DNA of 64,000 nucleotides, taken from Deltaproteobacteria bacterium. Its GTDB lineage: Bacteria > Desulfobacterota > Binatia > Binatales > Binataceae. Shown in pieces: positions 46,046 through 55,515 of this stretch. Position numbers and translations under genes: made by a program. The stretch is taken from assembly GCA_027317185.1 (NCBI GenBank), contig DAHVFB010000004.1, positions 10,401 to 74,400 on the forward strand, given 5' to 3'. The notes beneath the pieces were generated by a model that was not told the origin of the DNA, did not search any database, and saw nothing but the letters and a program-made list of their open reading frames with translations. How positions within the stretch are numbered: the first letter of the stretch is position 1; each line of letters starts with the position of its first letter.

Positions 46046-47818
46046 ATGAAAACGATCTGTCCGCAAATCATGGGCCATCGCAGCATGATCGCGACCGAAC
46101 ATGATCTCTCGGCCGCGGCTGGCGCGCGCCTTTTCAATCAAGGTGGCAACGCGATCGATGCGGCGGTGGCGGCCACGCTGGTCGAGGGCATCGTGAATCC
46201 GCACATGTTCACGATCGGCGGTGAAACTCCGATGCTGGTCTACGCGGCGAAAGCGCGCAAAGTGGTCGCGGTCAACGGCAATATGATGGCGCCGGCGCGC
46301 GCGACAATCGCCGCTTACCGCGATCGCAAACTCGACGCCGTGCCGGCCTCAGGCCTGCTCGCGGCGGGAATTCCGGCGGCGTTCGATGGCCTGATCGCGG
46401 TGCTTTCCAGCTTTGGTACGAAATCGCTGGCCGAGGTTGCGCAGCCGGCGATCGAATTGTGCGCGGAGGGTTTTCCCGTGCATCCGGGGTTGATCGGTCT
46501 CGAAGCTTCCATCTTGCGCGGCAGTCCGGCGGTGAATTCTCATATCGGACCGCTCTGCCTCAATGCCGAGCGTTTTTTGCGGGAATGGCCGAGCAGCGCC
46601 AGACTATGGCTGCCGGACGGAAAAATTCCCGAACCCGGAAAGCTGATCAAAAACCCCGCGCTGGCCGCCTGCTTCGAGCGTCTGCTGGAGGCCGAAGCCG
46701 GCGCGCGTAATCGCGGGCGCGAAGCAGGCCTGCAGGCCGCGCGCGATCGTTTTTACCGGGGCGATATCGCGCGCGAGATAGGAGCCTGGTCGGAGCAACA
46801 CGACGGGTTACTGCGCGCCGAGGATCTGGCCGCCTTCACCACCCGCTTCGAAGCCCCGGTCAGTATCGACTATCGCGGCTACACCGTTTACAAATGCGGA
46901 CCGTGGAGTCAGGGGCCGGTCTTTCTGCAGCATTTGCGGTTGATCGAAAGCGCTGATCTGCGCGCGCTGGGCCATAATTCCGCCGATTACATACATCTGA
47001 TGGTCGAGACCGCCAAGCTGGCTTTTGCCGATCGCGAGGCTTACTACGGCGATCCGGAATTCACGCAAGTTCCGCTGGAGCAACTGCTCTCGCGTGACTA
47101 TGCCGAAATTCGCCGTGCGTTATTCGATCCGCGCCGCGCCTCGATGGAGTTGCGTCCCGGCGATCCGATAGGTAAACGCAAGCTGGGCAAGCTGCCGCCG
47201 GGAATGCGGCCCTGGGGCGCCGGTACGGTTCACGTCGATGCTGCCGATCGCGAGGGTAATCTGATCGCGATTACGGCGAGCGGCGGATGGCTGCAAAGTT
47301 CGCCGGTGATCGAGTCGCTGGGCTTTCCTTTGGGTTCGCGGATGCAGACCTTTTATCTCGATGAGGGTCATCCCAACGCGCTGATGCCCGGCAAGCGTCC
47401 GCGTACCACCTTGACCCCCTCGCTGGCGGCACGTGACGGCGTACCGTTCATCGCATTCGGCACCATGGGCGGCGACCAGCAGGATCAATGGACCGTGCAG
47501 TTCTTCGTGAACATCGCCGATTTCGGTATGGATATTCAGGAGGCGATCGAGGCGCCCAAATTTTCCAGCCGCCATTTTCCTTCGACCTTTGCCCCGCACG
47601 AAGCGGTCCCGGGCGATCTGAAGGTCGAGGATAGAATCGAATCGCGCGTGCGCGACGAGCTTGCCGCACGTGGCCATCGGGTCGAGACCGCGCCTGCTTA
47701 CAGCGAGGGCTATGTGCTGGCGGCGGCGATCGACCATCGGCGCGGCTTGCTCCTCGGAGGCGCCGATCCGCGCGGCTATCTGACCGGTATCTTCCCTGCG
47801 CGCGCTATCGGCTGGTAG
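46046..47818 (+). CDS. ggt: gamma-glutamyltransferase family protein (Ntn hydrolase), apparently cytoplasmic
   Basis: 590 aa; GGT family with the autoprocessing Thr region (GTVHVDAADREGN...TASGG) and no signal peptide. Confidence 0.85.
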   Translation: MKTICPQIMGHRSMIATEHDLSAAAGARLFNQGGNAIDAAVAATLVEGIVNPHMFTIGGETPMLVYAAKARKVVAVNGNMMAPARATIAAYRDRKLDAVPASGLLAAGIPAAFDGLIAVLSSFGTKSLAEVAQPAIELCAEGFPVHPGLIGLEASILRGSPAVNSHIGPLCLNAERFLREWPSSARLWLPDGKIPEPGKLIKNPALAACFERLLEAEAGARNRGREAGLQAARDRFYRGDIAREIGAWSEQHDGLLRAEDLAAFTTRFEAPVSIDYRGYTVYKCGPWSQGPVFLQHLRLIESADLRALGHNSADYIHLMVETAKLAFADREAYYGDPEFTQVPLEQLLSRDYAEIRRALFDPRRASMELRPGDPIGKRKLGKLPPGMRPWGAGTVHVDAADREGNLIAITASGGWLQSSPVIESLGFPLGSRMQTFYLDEGHPNALMPGKRPRTTLTPSLAARDGVPFIAFGTMGGDQQDQWTVQFFVNIADFGMDIQEAIEAPKFSSRHFPSTFAPHEAVPGDLKVEDRIESRVRDELAARGHRVETAPAYSEGYVLAAAIDHRRGLLLGGADPRGYLTGIFPARAIGW

Positions 47819-48057
47819 ACCGCATGTGGCAGTCAAACTTCTTGGCGGTAACTCCATTCGGATTAAACCAACCTCAAATTGCCGCTATGATAAAGCAGTT
47901 CGAATAAAGATGAGCCGATGCCGGTCTTGCCCGACAACATCCCAAAACGGACATTTAGAACTGGCAGTCAGCCGTTTTCGGGTTCCAGCGTGATTGATAA
48001 GAAGCCTTTTCGAGCTTATTTGCTGGCATGGACGGTGCTGATGCTTAAAGGAGAGAT

Positions 48058-48325
48058 TGTGAAGATAAACTGGGTATCGATCGGGATGCTGGCGCTGATG
48101 GCATCGGTCGGAACCGCAGGATGTTCCGGGCAGTCGCTTGGCTCGAAGGCGAACGGCGCCGCCGGCGAGAATGGATACGTGGTTGGTGACCAGATGCAGA
48201 ACCAAACGCAAAGCAACGATGCGCAGCCGCCACAGACCCCGCAGACCGTGGAGCAGCAACAATTGCAAATCGAACAGCAGCGCCAGCTAATCGAGCAGCT
48301 TCGTAATCAACCGGCGTCCCAATGA
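48058..48325 (+). CDS. glycine-zipper lipoprotein with Gln-rich coiled-coil tail, copy 1
   Basis: AAAGGAGAG RBS before GTG; lipobox VGTAGC; ...VGDQMQNQ... then QQQLQIEQQRQLIEQLRNQ. Confidence 0.6.
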
Positions 48326-48526
48326 GCCGCGGCAAGTTCGATTCGATCGTGGTCGTTAATGGAGGGGCAACTCAGTCCCCGCCGAGGCCGAGGCTATTGC
48401 ATCGATAGTGCAGATGGCGGCAGGATGCAGCGCAATGCTATTTTGCATCGAAATGGCCGATGCCTGTGTAACCGGTAGTCTTATAGAGTACAGCAACGGG
48501 CATGGTCGATTGGAGGGCAAAGGACA

Positions 48527-48892
48527 ATGAACCAACAAGCTACCTTGCGCAGCGTCAGGCTGGCGCCGATCGCGTTTGCCTTGGCGGCGATCCTGATACT
48601 TGCCGGCTGTTCGGGCCAGCCGCTCAGTACGCGCGAGAAGGGCACTTTTATCGGTGGCGGACTGGGCGCGGCGACCGGCGCGATAATCGGCGCTGCGGTT
48701 GGCGCTCCGGGCGCGGGTGCCGCGATTGGTGGCGCGCTGGGCGCTGGCGGCGGCTTCCTGGTCGGCAATCAGATGCAGAACACTGAGGCGCAGCAGCAGC
48801 AGACGCAGGGTCAGATTCAACAGCAACAGACTCAGATCGAGCAGCAGCAACGCGAGATCGAACAGATGAAGCAGCAGAACGAAACCGAGTAA
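48527..48892 (+). CDS. glycine-zipper (YMGG/Gly-zipper_2TM) lipoprotein with Gln-rich coiled-coil tail, copy 2
   Basis: lipobox LILAGC; GGGLGAATGAIIGAAVGAPGAGAAIGGALGAGGG glycine zipper; VGNQMQN...QQQQTQGQIQQQQTQIEQQQREIEQMKQQ. Confidence 0.7.
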   Translation: MNQQATLRSVRLAPIAFALAAILILAGCSGQPLSTREKGTFIGGGLGAATGAIIGAAVGAPGAGAAIGGALGAGGGFLVGNQMQNTEAQQQQTQGQIQQQQTQIEQQQREIEQMKQQNETE

Positions 48893-48955
48893 ATGTTGGC
48901 TGGCCGGTCCGCCATTGCGGAAATGGGTTTTGGACGACGGTCCGGTTTCAAAGCA

Positions 48956-49047
48956 CGCGGGGTTCTTCGCTGCGCCGTCAGAATAACGGACCGCGTTAGT
49001 CGAGGCGGTTATTCTGTAATTCGAGGCGGAGCCGGGGAATCCCGGAG
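48956..49047. mobile_element. MITE-like inverted-repeat element of about 92 bp, no cargo
   Basis: outer arms GGGGTTCTTCGCTGCGCCGTCAGAATAAC and GTTATTCTG...GGGGAATCCCGG; inner perfect 9-bp inverted repeat CAGAATAAC/GTTATTCTG; arms match the terminal repeats of the 18047-19109 cassette. Confidence 0.55.
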
Positions 49048-49659
49048 CTTTCTGTCAAAGTGTACTCGGCCATCGATCGCGTCGCTTCCGGTTCCTGAAT
49101 CCGCGCACACCCAAATGTCACTATCAATTCTTACGCCCTCGGCGCGCAGCAGCTTAAGCTTGACCAACGCGCCGCCGCCGTAGTTGCCGATCGAACCGTC
49201 CGCGCGAATTACGCGATGGCATGGGACGTAAATCGGTACCGGATTGGCAGCCATCGTGGTCCCGACCGCGCGTGAGGCGCGCGGCGCCCCAGCCGCGGCC
49301 GCGAGCGCCTGGTATGAAATGACGGTTCCGGGGGAAATTCCGCGCAGCGTTTCCAGCACGCGGAGTCGAAACGGACTGCTCACCAGCGTCAAATCGACCG
49401 GCATCGTCAGCGCGTTCAAGTCGCCGTCGGCGAACCGTCGGATTTCCGCACCCACCACGGCCACTGCGGCGGCGTTCTCTGTCACTTGGAAATGCTGAGA
49501 CAAGGCCGCTTCTGCGGCCGCGCAATCCGTCCACGCGCCGTCGAGGAATTGAATCAGCACGATGCCACGATCGCTGAGCGCCACGAGTAGCCGGCCCACC
49601 GCAGAATTCACAATCCCGCTGCGGGCTATAGGTTTGGCCGGCTGCCGAACAATTTTCAT
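49009..49659 (-). CDS. ogt: methylated-DNA-protein-cysteine methyltransferase
   Basis: active-site VPCHRVIRADGSIGNYGGG; N-terminal Ada/Ogt domain. Confidence 0.85.
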   Translation of the reverse strand: MKIVRQPAKPIARSGIVNSAVGRLLVALSDRGIVLIQFLDGAWTDCAAAEAALSQHFQVTENAAAVAVVGAEIRRFADGDLNALTMPVDLTLVSSPFRLRVLETLRGISPGTVISYQALAAAAGAPRASRAVGTTMAANPVPIYVPCHRVIRADGSIGNYGGGALVKLKLLRAEGVRIDSDIWVCADSGTGSDAIDGRVHFDRKLRDSPAPPRITE

Positions 49660-49669
49660 CGCGACGCCC

Positions 49670-50449
49670 TCACCCAAGTTTGAATAGCCGTTTTGCGTTG
49701 GCGGTCACCAGCGCCGAGAGCGAGGTCGAATCGGTTTGACGCAGCGCCGCAAGGGTTTGGAGCGTGCGTGGCAAAAACGCGGGCTCGTTGCTGCGTCCAC
49801 GGTATGGCTCGGGCGCGAGATAAGGCGCGTCGGTCTCGATCATCAGGCGGTCATCGGGGACGATCGGCACCACGGCGCGCAGTGCTTGCGCATTTTTGAA
49901 GGTGACGATTCCCGAGAATGAAAGATAGAAACCCAGCGCGAGAAATTCGCGCGCTGCAGTCGCGTCTCCGGTGAAACAATGAATCACGCCGCCGGCTGAC
50001 GGCATCCCAGCCTCGCGCACGATCTCGATCAACCGCTGCTCGGCGTTGCGGCAATGAATCACGATTGGCAAATCGGCCGACGCGGCCAGTTCCAGATGAC
50101 GGCGCAGGGCCTGTTCCTGCGCCACCGCCGGGGAACGCAGGTAATGAAAATCCAGTCCGCTTTCGCCGATCGCCACCACCTTGGGCGATCGCGCCAGCGC
50201 ACGCAGTTCATCCAGACGCGCCTGGCCGCAGGCGTCTGCGTCGTGCGGATGTACCCCGATCGCGGCGTAAACGCCTTCGCAATGCTCCGCGAGTTCAACC
50301 GTCAGGCGGTCGGTTTCGATAGCGCCGATTGCGCCGACCGCGACGATCGGGCCTACGTCCGCCGCCGCCGCGCGCGTTAGCACGCCCTCGAGATCGGCGT
50401 GGATACGCGGATCCGCCAGATGGCAGTGGCTATCGCACAGGTTAGGCAT
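49670..50449 (-). CDS. tatD: TatD-family metal-dependent hydrolase/DNase
   Basis: DSHCHL and GESGLDFH TatD signatures. Confidence 0.9.
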   Translation of the reverse strand: MPNLCDSHCHLADPRIHADLEGVLTRAAAADVGPIVAVGAIGAIETDRLTVELAEHCEGVYAAIGVHPHDADACGQARLDELRALARSPKVVAIGESGLDFHYLRSPAVAQEQALRRHLELAASADLPIVIHCRNAEQRLIEIVREAGMPSAGGVIHCFTGDATAAREFLALGFYLSFSGIVTFKNAQALRAVVPIVPDDRLMIETDAPYLAPEPYRGRSNEPAFLPRTLQTLAALRQTDSTSLSALVTANAKRLFKLG

Positions 50450-50470
50450 AGGCGCGGAGAATCGCGGCGA

Positions 50471-52030
50471 TTATGACTCGGTCTTTTTCTCGATTCGCGG
50501 AAACAGCGCGACCGGCGCCTTGACCCGATGGCCCGGCCGCAATCCCTCGCCAAACGGCCGGCGCAGAGTCTCCTCGTCGACGGCGAGCAACTCCGCGATC
50601 CTGCGCGCCGTCACCGGCATGAACGGTTCGAGCACGTCGGCCGTGACCCGCAAAGCTTCGAGTGCATTGGCGAGAATCTCCGCCACGCGCGGCAATTTTT
50701 CTTTGTCGCGTGCTAGCGTGAATGGCGCGGTCGCCGCAATATATTTGTTCGCGACGTCGAGCGCGGCCCAGATTGCTTCGAGCGCGCGATGGAACGCCAG
50801 TTGTTCGATATGGGTGGCGGCGATGCCCGGCATGTCGACAAAGGCGCGCGCAAGTTGTTTATCCTCGCTGGCGGAAGAACTCTGAGGCGCGGTCAGTTCG
50901 CCGTTGAAATACCGCTGGACCATCGAGAGCACGCGGCTGGTCAGGTTGCCCAGATCGTTTGCGAGGTCGGCGTTATAACGCTCGACCAGGCGTTCTTCGG
51001 AAAAATCGCCGTCGAGTCCGTAAACCACTTCGCGCATCACGAAATAGCGCAGCACGTCGGGACCGAAGGCGCGTTCGTAGGAGACCGGATCGCGCACGTT
51101 GCCCGAGCTTTTCGACATCCGCGCGCCGCCGAAATTCATCCAGCCGTGTACGTTCAGATGCCTGAAAAGCTGGTCCTCGCTAAAGCCCGCCGCCAGCAGC
51201 ATCGCGGGCCAGTAAACTATGTGAGTCTTGAGAATATCCTTGCCGATGAAGTGCTCGGTATGCGGCCAGATCTCGCGTTTGAAACGATCGAATCCGAGCT
51301 GGCGGGCCGGCTCGCTGATGTAAGCCCAGAAGGCGTCGTACCAGACATAGGTTACATAGCGATTGTCGAACGGCAGCTCGATGCCCCATTCCAGCCGCGA
51401 TTTGGGACGCGAAATGCATAGGTCAGAAATCGGCTCGGAAAGCATGTTCAGCGCTTCGTTGCGATAACGATCCGGGCGCACAAAATCGCGATTGCGCAGC
51501 AGATGGTCCCGCACCTGCTCGCGGTATTTTTCAATCTTGAGGAAATAGTTGCTCTCGCTAATCAACTCGACCGCGGTGTTGTGCGTCGGACAGAGTTTCC
51601 CGTCGAGCAGTTCCTTATCGGTGTAGAAGCGTTCGCAACCGACGCAGTAAAGCCCTTCGTAGTCGCGCAGTTCGATATTGTCGAGCCGCTTGCTCTCGAT
51701 CAGCATCTGCTGGACGAATTTTTCGTGCTCCGGGTCAGTGGTGCGGACGAAATAGTCGGTGCTGACGTTCAGGCCCTGCCAGGCTTCGCGAAACAGCGCG
51801 CTCATCTTGTCGGTGTAGGCTTTCGGAGCCAGCCCTTCGGCCATCGCAGCGCGCCGAATTTTATCGCCATGCTCGTCGGTTCCGCTCAGGAAGCTTACCC
51901 GCTCGCGGCCGAGCTTGCGGCGTTGGTAGCGCACGAAAACATCGGCCGCCAACGCTTCGTAGGCGCTACCGACATGGGGTGTGCCGTTGCAATAAAAAAT
52001 CGCGGTGGTGATGTGTGTCCGTTCAGCCAT
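50471..52030 (-). CDS. metG: methionine-tRNA ligase
   Basis: class I HIGH (TPHVGSAYE) and KMSKS (RMSKSSGN) motifs; start at MAERTHITT. Confidence 0.93.
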   Translation of the reverse strand: MAERTHITTAIFYCNGTPHVGSAYEALAADVFVRYQRRKLGRERVSFLSGTDEHGDKIRRAAMAEGLAPKAYTDKMSALFREAWQGLNVSTDYFVRTTDPEHEKFVQQMLIESKRLDNIELRDYEGLYCVGCERFYTDKELLDGKLCPTHNTAVELISESNYFLKIEKYREQVRDHLLRNRDFVRPDRYRNEALNMLSEPISDLCISRPKSRLEWGIELPFDNRYVTYVWYDAFWAYISEPARQLGFDRFKREIWPHTEHFIGKDILKTHIVYWPAMLLAAGFSEDQLFRHLNVHGWMNFGGARMSKSSGNVRDPVSYERAFGPDVLRYFVMREVVYGLDGDFSEERLVERYNADLANDLGNLTSRVLSMVQRYFNGELTAPQSSSASEDKQLARAFVDMPGIAATHIEQLAFHRALEAIWAALDVANKYIAATAPFTLARDKEKLPRVAEILANALEALRVTADVLEPFMPVTARRIAELLAVDEETLRRPFGEGLRPGHRVKAPVALFPRIEKKTES

Positions 52031-52070
52031 CGGAGAGGCTATTGTGCGGTCGAGGATGGCGGGGGGCAAG

Positions 52071-52856
52071 CTATTGAGCGCGCTTATCGACCAGATCTTC
52101 CATGGCTGCGTCGACCTGCCCGCCTTCGCCGTCGAGCTGAATGGTGACGGTCTGCTTAAGGATGTTCTGGCGCAGCACCCGGCCGTCGCCCTTGACCGAC
52201 TGCACGAGCTTGCCGATCGCCGGCAGATTGCGTTTCAACTCGACATAGGTGGCGTATTCGTAACGCAGGCAGCACTTCAAACGGCCGCACATGCCGGCCA
52301 GCCGTGACGGATTGAGCGCCAGTCCCTGCTCGCGCGCCATCTTGACCGTCACGGTTTCGAAATCGCGCAACCACGAGGAGCAGCACAGCTCGCGTCCGCA
52401 GGGGCCCAGCGCGCCGGTGACCTTGGTTTCGTCGCGCGCGCGAATTTGCTTCATCTCGATTCTGACGTTCAGAATGTTCGCCAGATCGCGCACCAGCGTG
52501 CGGAAATCAATCCGGTCTTCAGCCGTGAAATAAAAGGTGGCCTTGCGGGCGTCGAATGAATACTCGACGTTGACCAGCTTCATCGGCACGTCGCGCTCGA
52601 GGATCTTTTCGACCGTCAGACGGCGCGCGTAGGTTTCGCGGGTCAGATTGTCGGCCTCGATACGGAAATCGTTCTCGGTCGCCGGCCGCTTGATCGATTT
52701 CAGCGTCGAAACATTCAGCGTTGGATTGGCTTCCTGAGGCTCGACCTCGACGGTTGCGAGCCGCAGTCCCGCGTCGCTGTCGACCAGCACCCGGTCGCCG
52801 CGCTTGAGTTCATGATCGCCGGCCAGGAAATTTTCGATCGGCCCGACCTGCCGCAT
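52071..52856 (-). CDS. ricT: PSP1 C-terminal domain protein RicT/YaaT
   Basis: PSP1 domain with cysteine cluster (GPCGRELCCSSWL...CGRLKCCLRYE); conserved tmk-holB-yaaT-metG-tatD neighbourhood. Confidence 0.85.
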   Translation of the reverse strand: MRQVGPIENFLAGDHELKRGDRVLVDSDAGLRLATVEVEPQEANPTLNVSTLKSIKRPATENDFRIEADNLTRETYARRLTVEKILERDVPMKLVNVEYSFDARKATFYFTAEDRIDFRTLVRDLANILNVRIEMKQIRARDETKVTGALGPCGRELCCSSWLRDFETVTVKMAREQGLALNPSRLAGMCGRLKCCLRYEYATYVELKRNLPAIGKLVQSVKGDGRVLRQNILKQTVTIQLDGEGGQVDAAMEDLVDKRAQ

Positions 52857-52921
52857 GCTCAAACCCACGATGCGCGGAGTCTGCGAGCCGCCCCCGAATT
52901 CGAATGGATCGATTCCGTCGT

Positions 52922-53989
52922 TCACTGTTCTCCCCGTACTGCGCGCGCGACTTCCATCCACCAGCTTTCAGCCTGCAAGCGCGGATTCGCCATCGCATCC
53001 ACCGCTGCGCCCGCCCGGACTGCTGCTTCCATTGCGGTCAGAATCGCCGCCAATTCCAAACGGTCGGCAAGATCGGCCATCGTCTGCATGCTGGCCGCGC
53101 TGGAATCAGGCCGGATACCAAGCAGTTTGTAACATAGCATTTCCTCGAGCATGCGGGCGATCAGCTCGAAATTCTCCACCGCCTGATCGCGGCTGCCGAA
53201 ATGGTCCTGCGCCAGCGCCTGCGCGGCGCCGAAATCGATCGATGCGGCCTGCCCCAGCGCCTCCAGCAGATTCGCCATCGGCGGTGCATCGCCGTCCGCC
53301 AATGCCAGCGCATGGGCCGCGCTGCCACGGGCGAGCCGCGCAAGCGCGCCGGCGCGGTCCGGCTCCATCTGGAGCCGCTCGATTAGCAGCTCCGAGAGGT
53401 CCTGGATTGAAAGCGGGGCGAAGCGGATCAGGCGCAGGCGCGAACGCACGGTGTCGAGCAGCGACCGCTCGCTTTGAACGATCACGAAGATGATCGTGAA
53501 GCCGGGCGGTTCCTCCAGCGTCTTGAGCAAGGCGTTTTGCGCCGACAGGTTCAGCGTTTCGCCGTCGTCGATAATCGCCGTGCGCATCGCGGCTCGTGCC
53601 GGACGAATGCCAAAGCGCGCGATCAGGCCGCGCACCTGATCGATCGAGACCTCGGCCCGGCCCGGTGCGCGGCCGATGCGGAAAAAATCCGGATGCACTC
53701 CCGCAGCCACCTGCACGCATCCCGCACAGCAATCGCAGCGGGTGCTGTCAGCCGCCTCGCGCGCCGGCGGGTTTCGCGATTCGCCACGCACCGGGCAGCG
53801 GTCGGGACGGCAACAAAAATTCGCCCCCGGCGCACGCTCGCACAGCAGGCTATGCACCAGCGACTCGGCCACCAGCGCCTTGCCGATCCCGTGTGGTCCG
53901 GCGAACAGGTAAGCGTGGGCCGGGCGGCTGTGCAGTTCGGCCAGGATGCGATCGTGGAGTTCGCGATGGCCGCGCAGGTTTTCTATCAT
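52922..53989 (-). CDS. holB: DNA polymerase III delta-prime subunit
   Basis: AAA+ clamp-loader fold (YLFAGPHGIGK), SRC-like motif (TVRSRL), expanded Cys-rich zinc module. Confidence 0.88.
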   Translation of the reverse strand: MIENLRGHRELHDRILAELHSRPAHAYLFAGPHGIGKALVAESLVHSLLCERAPGANFCCRPDRCPVRGESRNPPAREAADSTRCDCCAGCVQVAAGVHPDFFRIGRAPGRAEVSIDQVRGLIARFGIRPARAAMRTAIIDDGETLNLSAQNALLKTLEEPPGFTIIFVIVQSERSLLDTVRSRLRLIRFAPLSIQDLSELLIERLQMEPDRAGALARLARGSAAHALALADGDAPPMANLLEALGQAASIDFGAAQALAQDHFGSRDQAVENFELIARMLEEMLCYKLLGIRPDSSAASMQTMADLADRLELAAILTAMEAAVRAGAAVDAMANPRLQAESWWMEVARAVRGEQ

Positions 53990-54630
53990 CGGCCCGCCAG
54001 CAGGCGATCCACCCGTTGGCGGATCTGCGCCGTGACCCGTTCAAGCGGCTCCTCGGCGTTGACGATCGACACTCGCTGCGGCTCCTGCTGAGCGATTTCC
54101 AGAAAACCCTGACGGACCCGACCGTGAAAATCCGCTGCCTGACCCTCGAACCGATCCAGCACCGTATCCCCTGCTCGATTCATCCGATCGTGGATGCGCG
54201 TCAGGCCGGTCGCGACCTTGCAATCGAGCACGATCGTGAGGTCGGGCATGATGTTATCGGTGGCGAGGCGGTTGAGTTCGCGCAGCAGATTCAGATCGAA
54301 CCCGCGACCGTATCCCTGGTAGGCCACGGTCGAATCGGCGTAGCGATCGGAGATCACAATCTCGCCGGAGTCCAGCGCGGGCCGGAGCTTTTCGCGCACA
54401 TGCTGCGCCCGATCCGCCAGCACCAGCATCAACTCGGCCGCCACTTCGAGCGAGACGCCCGGATCGAGAAAGATCGCACGGATGGCCTGACCGGCGCGCG
54501 TTCCGCCCGGCTCGTGCGTGACCGTTACGCGATGTCCGGCGGCCTTGAGCCACTCCGCCAGCAACCTCGACTGCGTGGTTTTGCCGGAGCCCTCGACTCC
54601 TTCGAGCGTGATAAAAGCCCCTGAAGCCAT
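53986..54630 (-). CDS. tmk: thymidylate kinase
   Basis: P-loop ITLEGVEGSGKTTQ; start ATG overlaps the pilD TGA (TGATG). Confidence 0.92.
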   Translation of the reverse strand: MASGAFITLEGVEGSGKTTQSRLLAEWLKAAGHRVTVTHEPGGTRAGQAIRAIFLDPGVSLEVAAELMLVLADRAQHVREKLRPALDSGEIVISDRYADSTVAYQGYGRGFDLNLLRELNRLATDNIMPDLTIVLDCKVATGLTRIHDRMNRAGDTVLDRFEGQAADFHGRVRQGFLEIAQQEPQRVSIVNAEEPLERVTAQIRQRVDRLLAGR

Positions 54631-55466
54631 CACCGGGAAAGATACCAATGCACCATGGCAGGCTGGAACAGGGCGAAGATTCCCGCGGCGAGCGCCAGAA
54701 ATGGCCCGAATGGCACCGTCGTGCCCATTATTGTGGCATCTTCTTCAACCGGATCGCCGCCCGGATTGGCCAGCGGCGGTGGCGCTCCGCCGGTGATCGC
54801 GAAGGCTATACCGCCGACCGATCCCAGCATTGAACCGAAGAACAACGTGAACAGTACGCCGATCCAGCCCAGAAACGCACCCGTCATGCCGAGTAGGAAA
54901 ACGTCGCCGAGCCCCACCCCCTCGCGCCCGCGAACCAGCCGGTAAAGCTCACCGGTGACGAACAGCACGCCGCCGCCGACCGCGATTCCGATCAGCGATT
55001 TTTTCCATCCAATCTCCGGCATCGCGAACGCAGCCAACAGGAATCCGATCGGCATGCCGGGAAAGGTGATCAGATTGGGAATCAGGCGCCAGTCGAAATC
55101 GATCAGTGCGACAATAAACAGCGCGGCGCAGAACACGAACCGCGCGATGGCGTCAGGCAGGCTGAAATGCAGATAGAGGTAGAGGGCGGCGCTGGCCAGG
55201 GCCAACTCCGCCAGAAAAAAGCGGAATGGGATTGGCTTGCCGCACATGACGCAGTGTCCGCGAGTGTAAAGGTACGCTACGATCGGGACGTTGGCCCACC
55301 ATGGAATCGGACGCTGACAGTTGGCGCAGAATGATCGCGGCCGCATGATCGAGAGTTCGCGCGGCATGCGATAGGCCACCACGCCCACGAAACTGCCGAC
55401 CGCCGCGCCAATCACGAACGCAAACAGACCGCCCACCAGCCGCGGTATCTCGATCATCTGGCCCAC
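54630..55466 (-). CDS. pilD: prepilin peptidase (A24 family, PilD-like)
   Basis: N-terminal Cys-rich zinc segment (CANCQRPIPWW...CVMCGKPIP) plus polytopic peptidase domain with catalytic Asp residues. Confidence 0.88.
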   Translation of the reverse strand: MGQMIEIPRLVGGLFAFVIGAAVGSFVGVVAYRMPRELSIMRPRSFCANCQRPIPWWANVPIVAYLYTRGHCVMCGKPIPFRFFLAELALASAALYLYLHFSLPDAIARFVFCAALFIVALIDFDWRLIPNLITFPGMPIGFLLAAFAMPEIGWKKSLIGIAVGGGVLFVTGELYRLVRGREGVGLGDVFLLGMTGAFLGWIGVLFTLFFGSMLGSVGGIAFAITGGAPPPLANPGGDPVEEDATIMGTTVPFGPFLALAAGIFALFQPAMVHWYLSR

Positions 55467-55515
55467 CTCTCAGGCGCCGTCAGTTTAACATGCGGCGGAG
55501 CTGCTGTAATCGCGA

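Noticed and set aside
48356-48850. A 164-aa minus-strand ORF spanning the two lipoprotein genes.
   Set aside because: It is antisense to two RBS- and lipobox-supported genes, and its translation is a poly-Leu/Arg/Ala artefact of the Gln-codon repeats on the other strand.
52922-53989. Whether the expanded Cys-rich segment in HolB (CERAPGANFCCRPDRCPVRG...CDCCAGC) is an inserted domain.
   Set aside because: Delta-prime subunits normally carry a zinc-binding module at this position. This is a lengthened version, not a novel domain.
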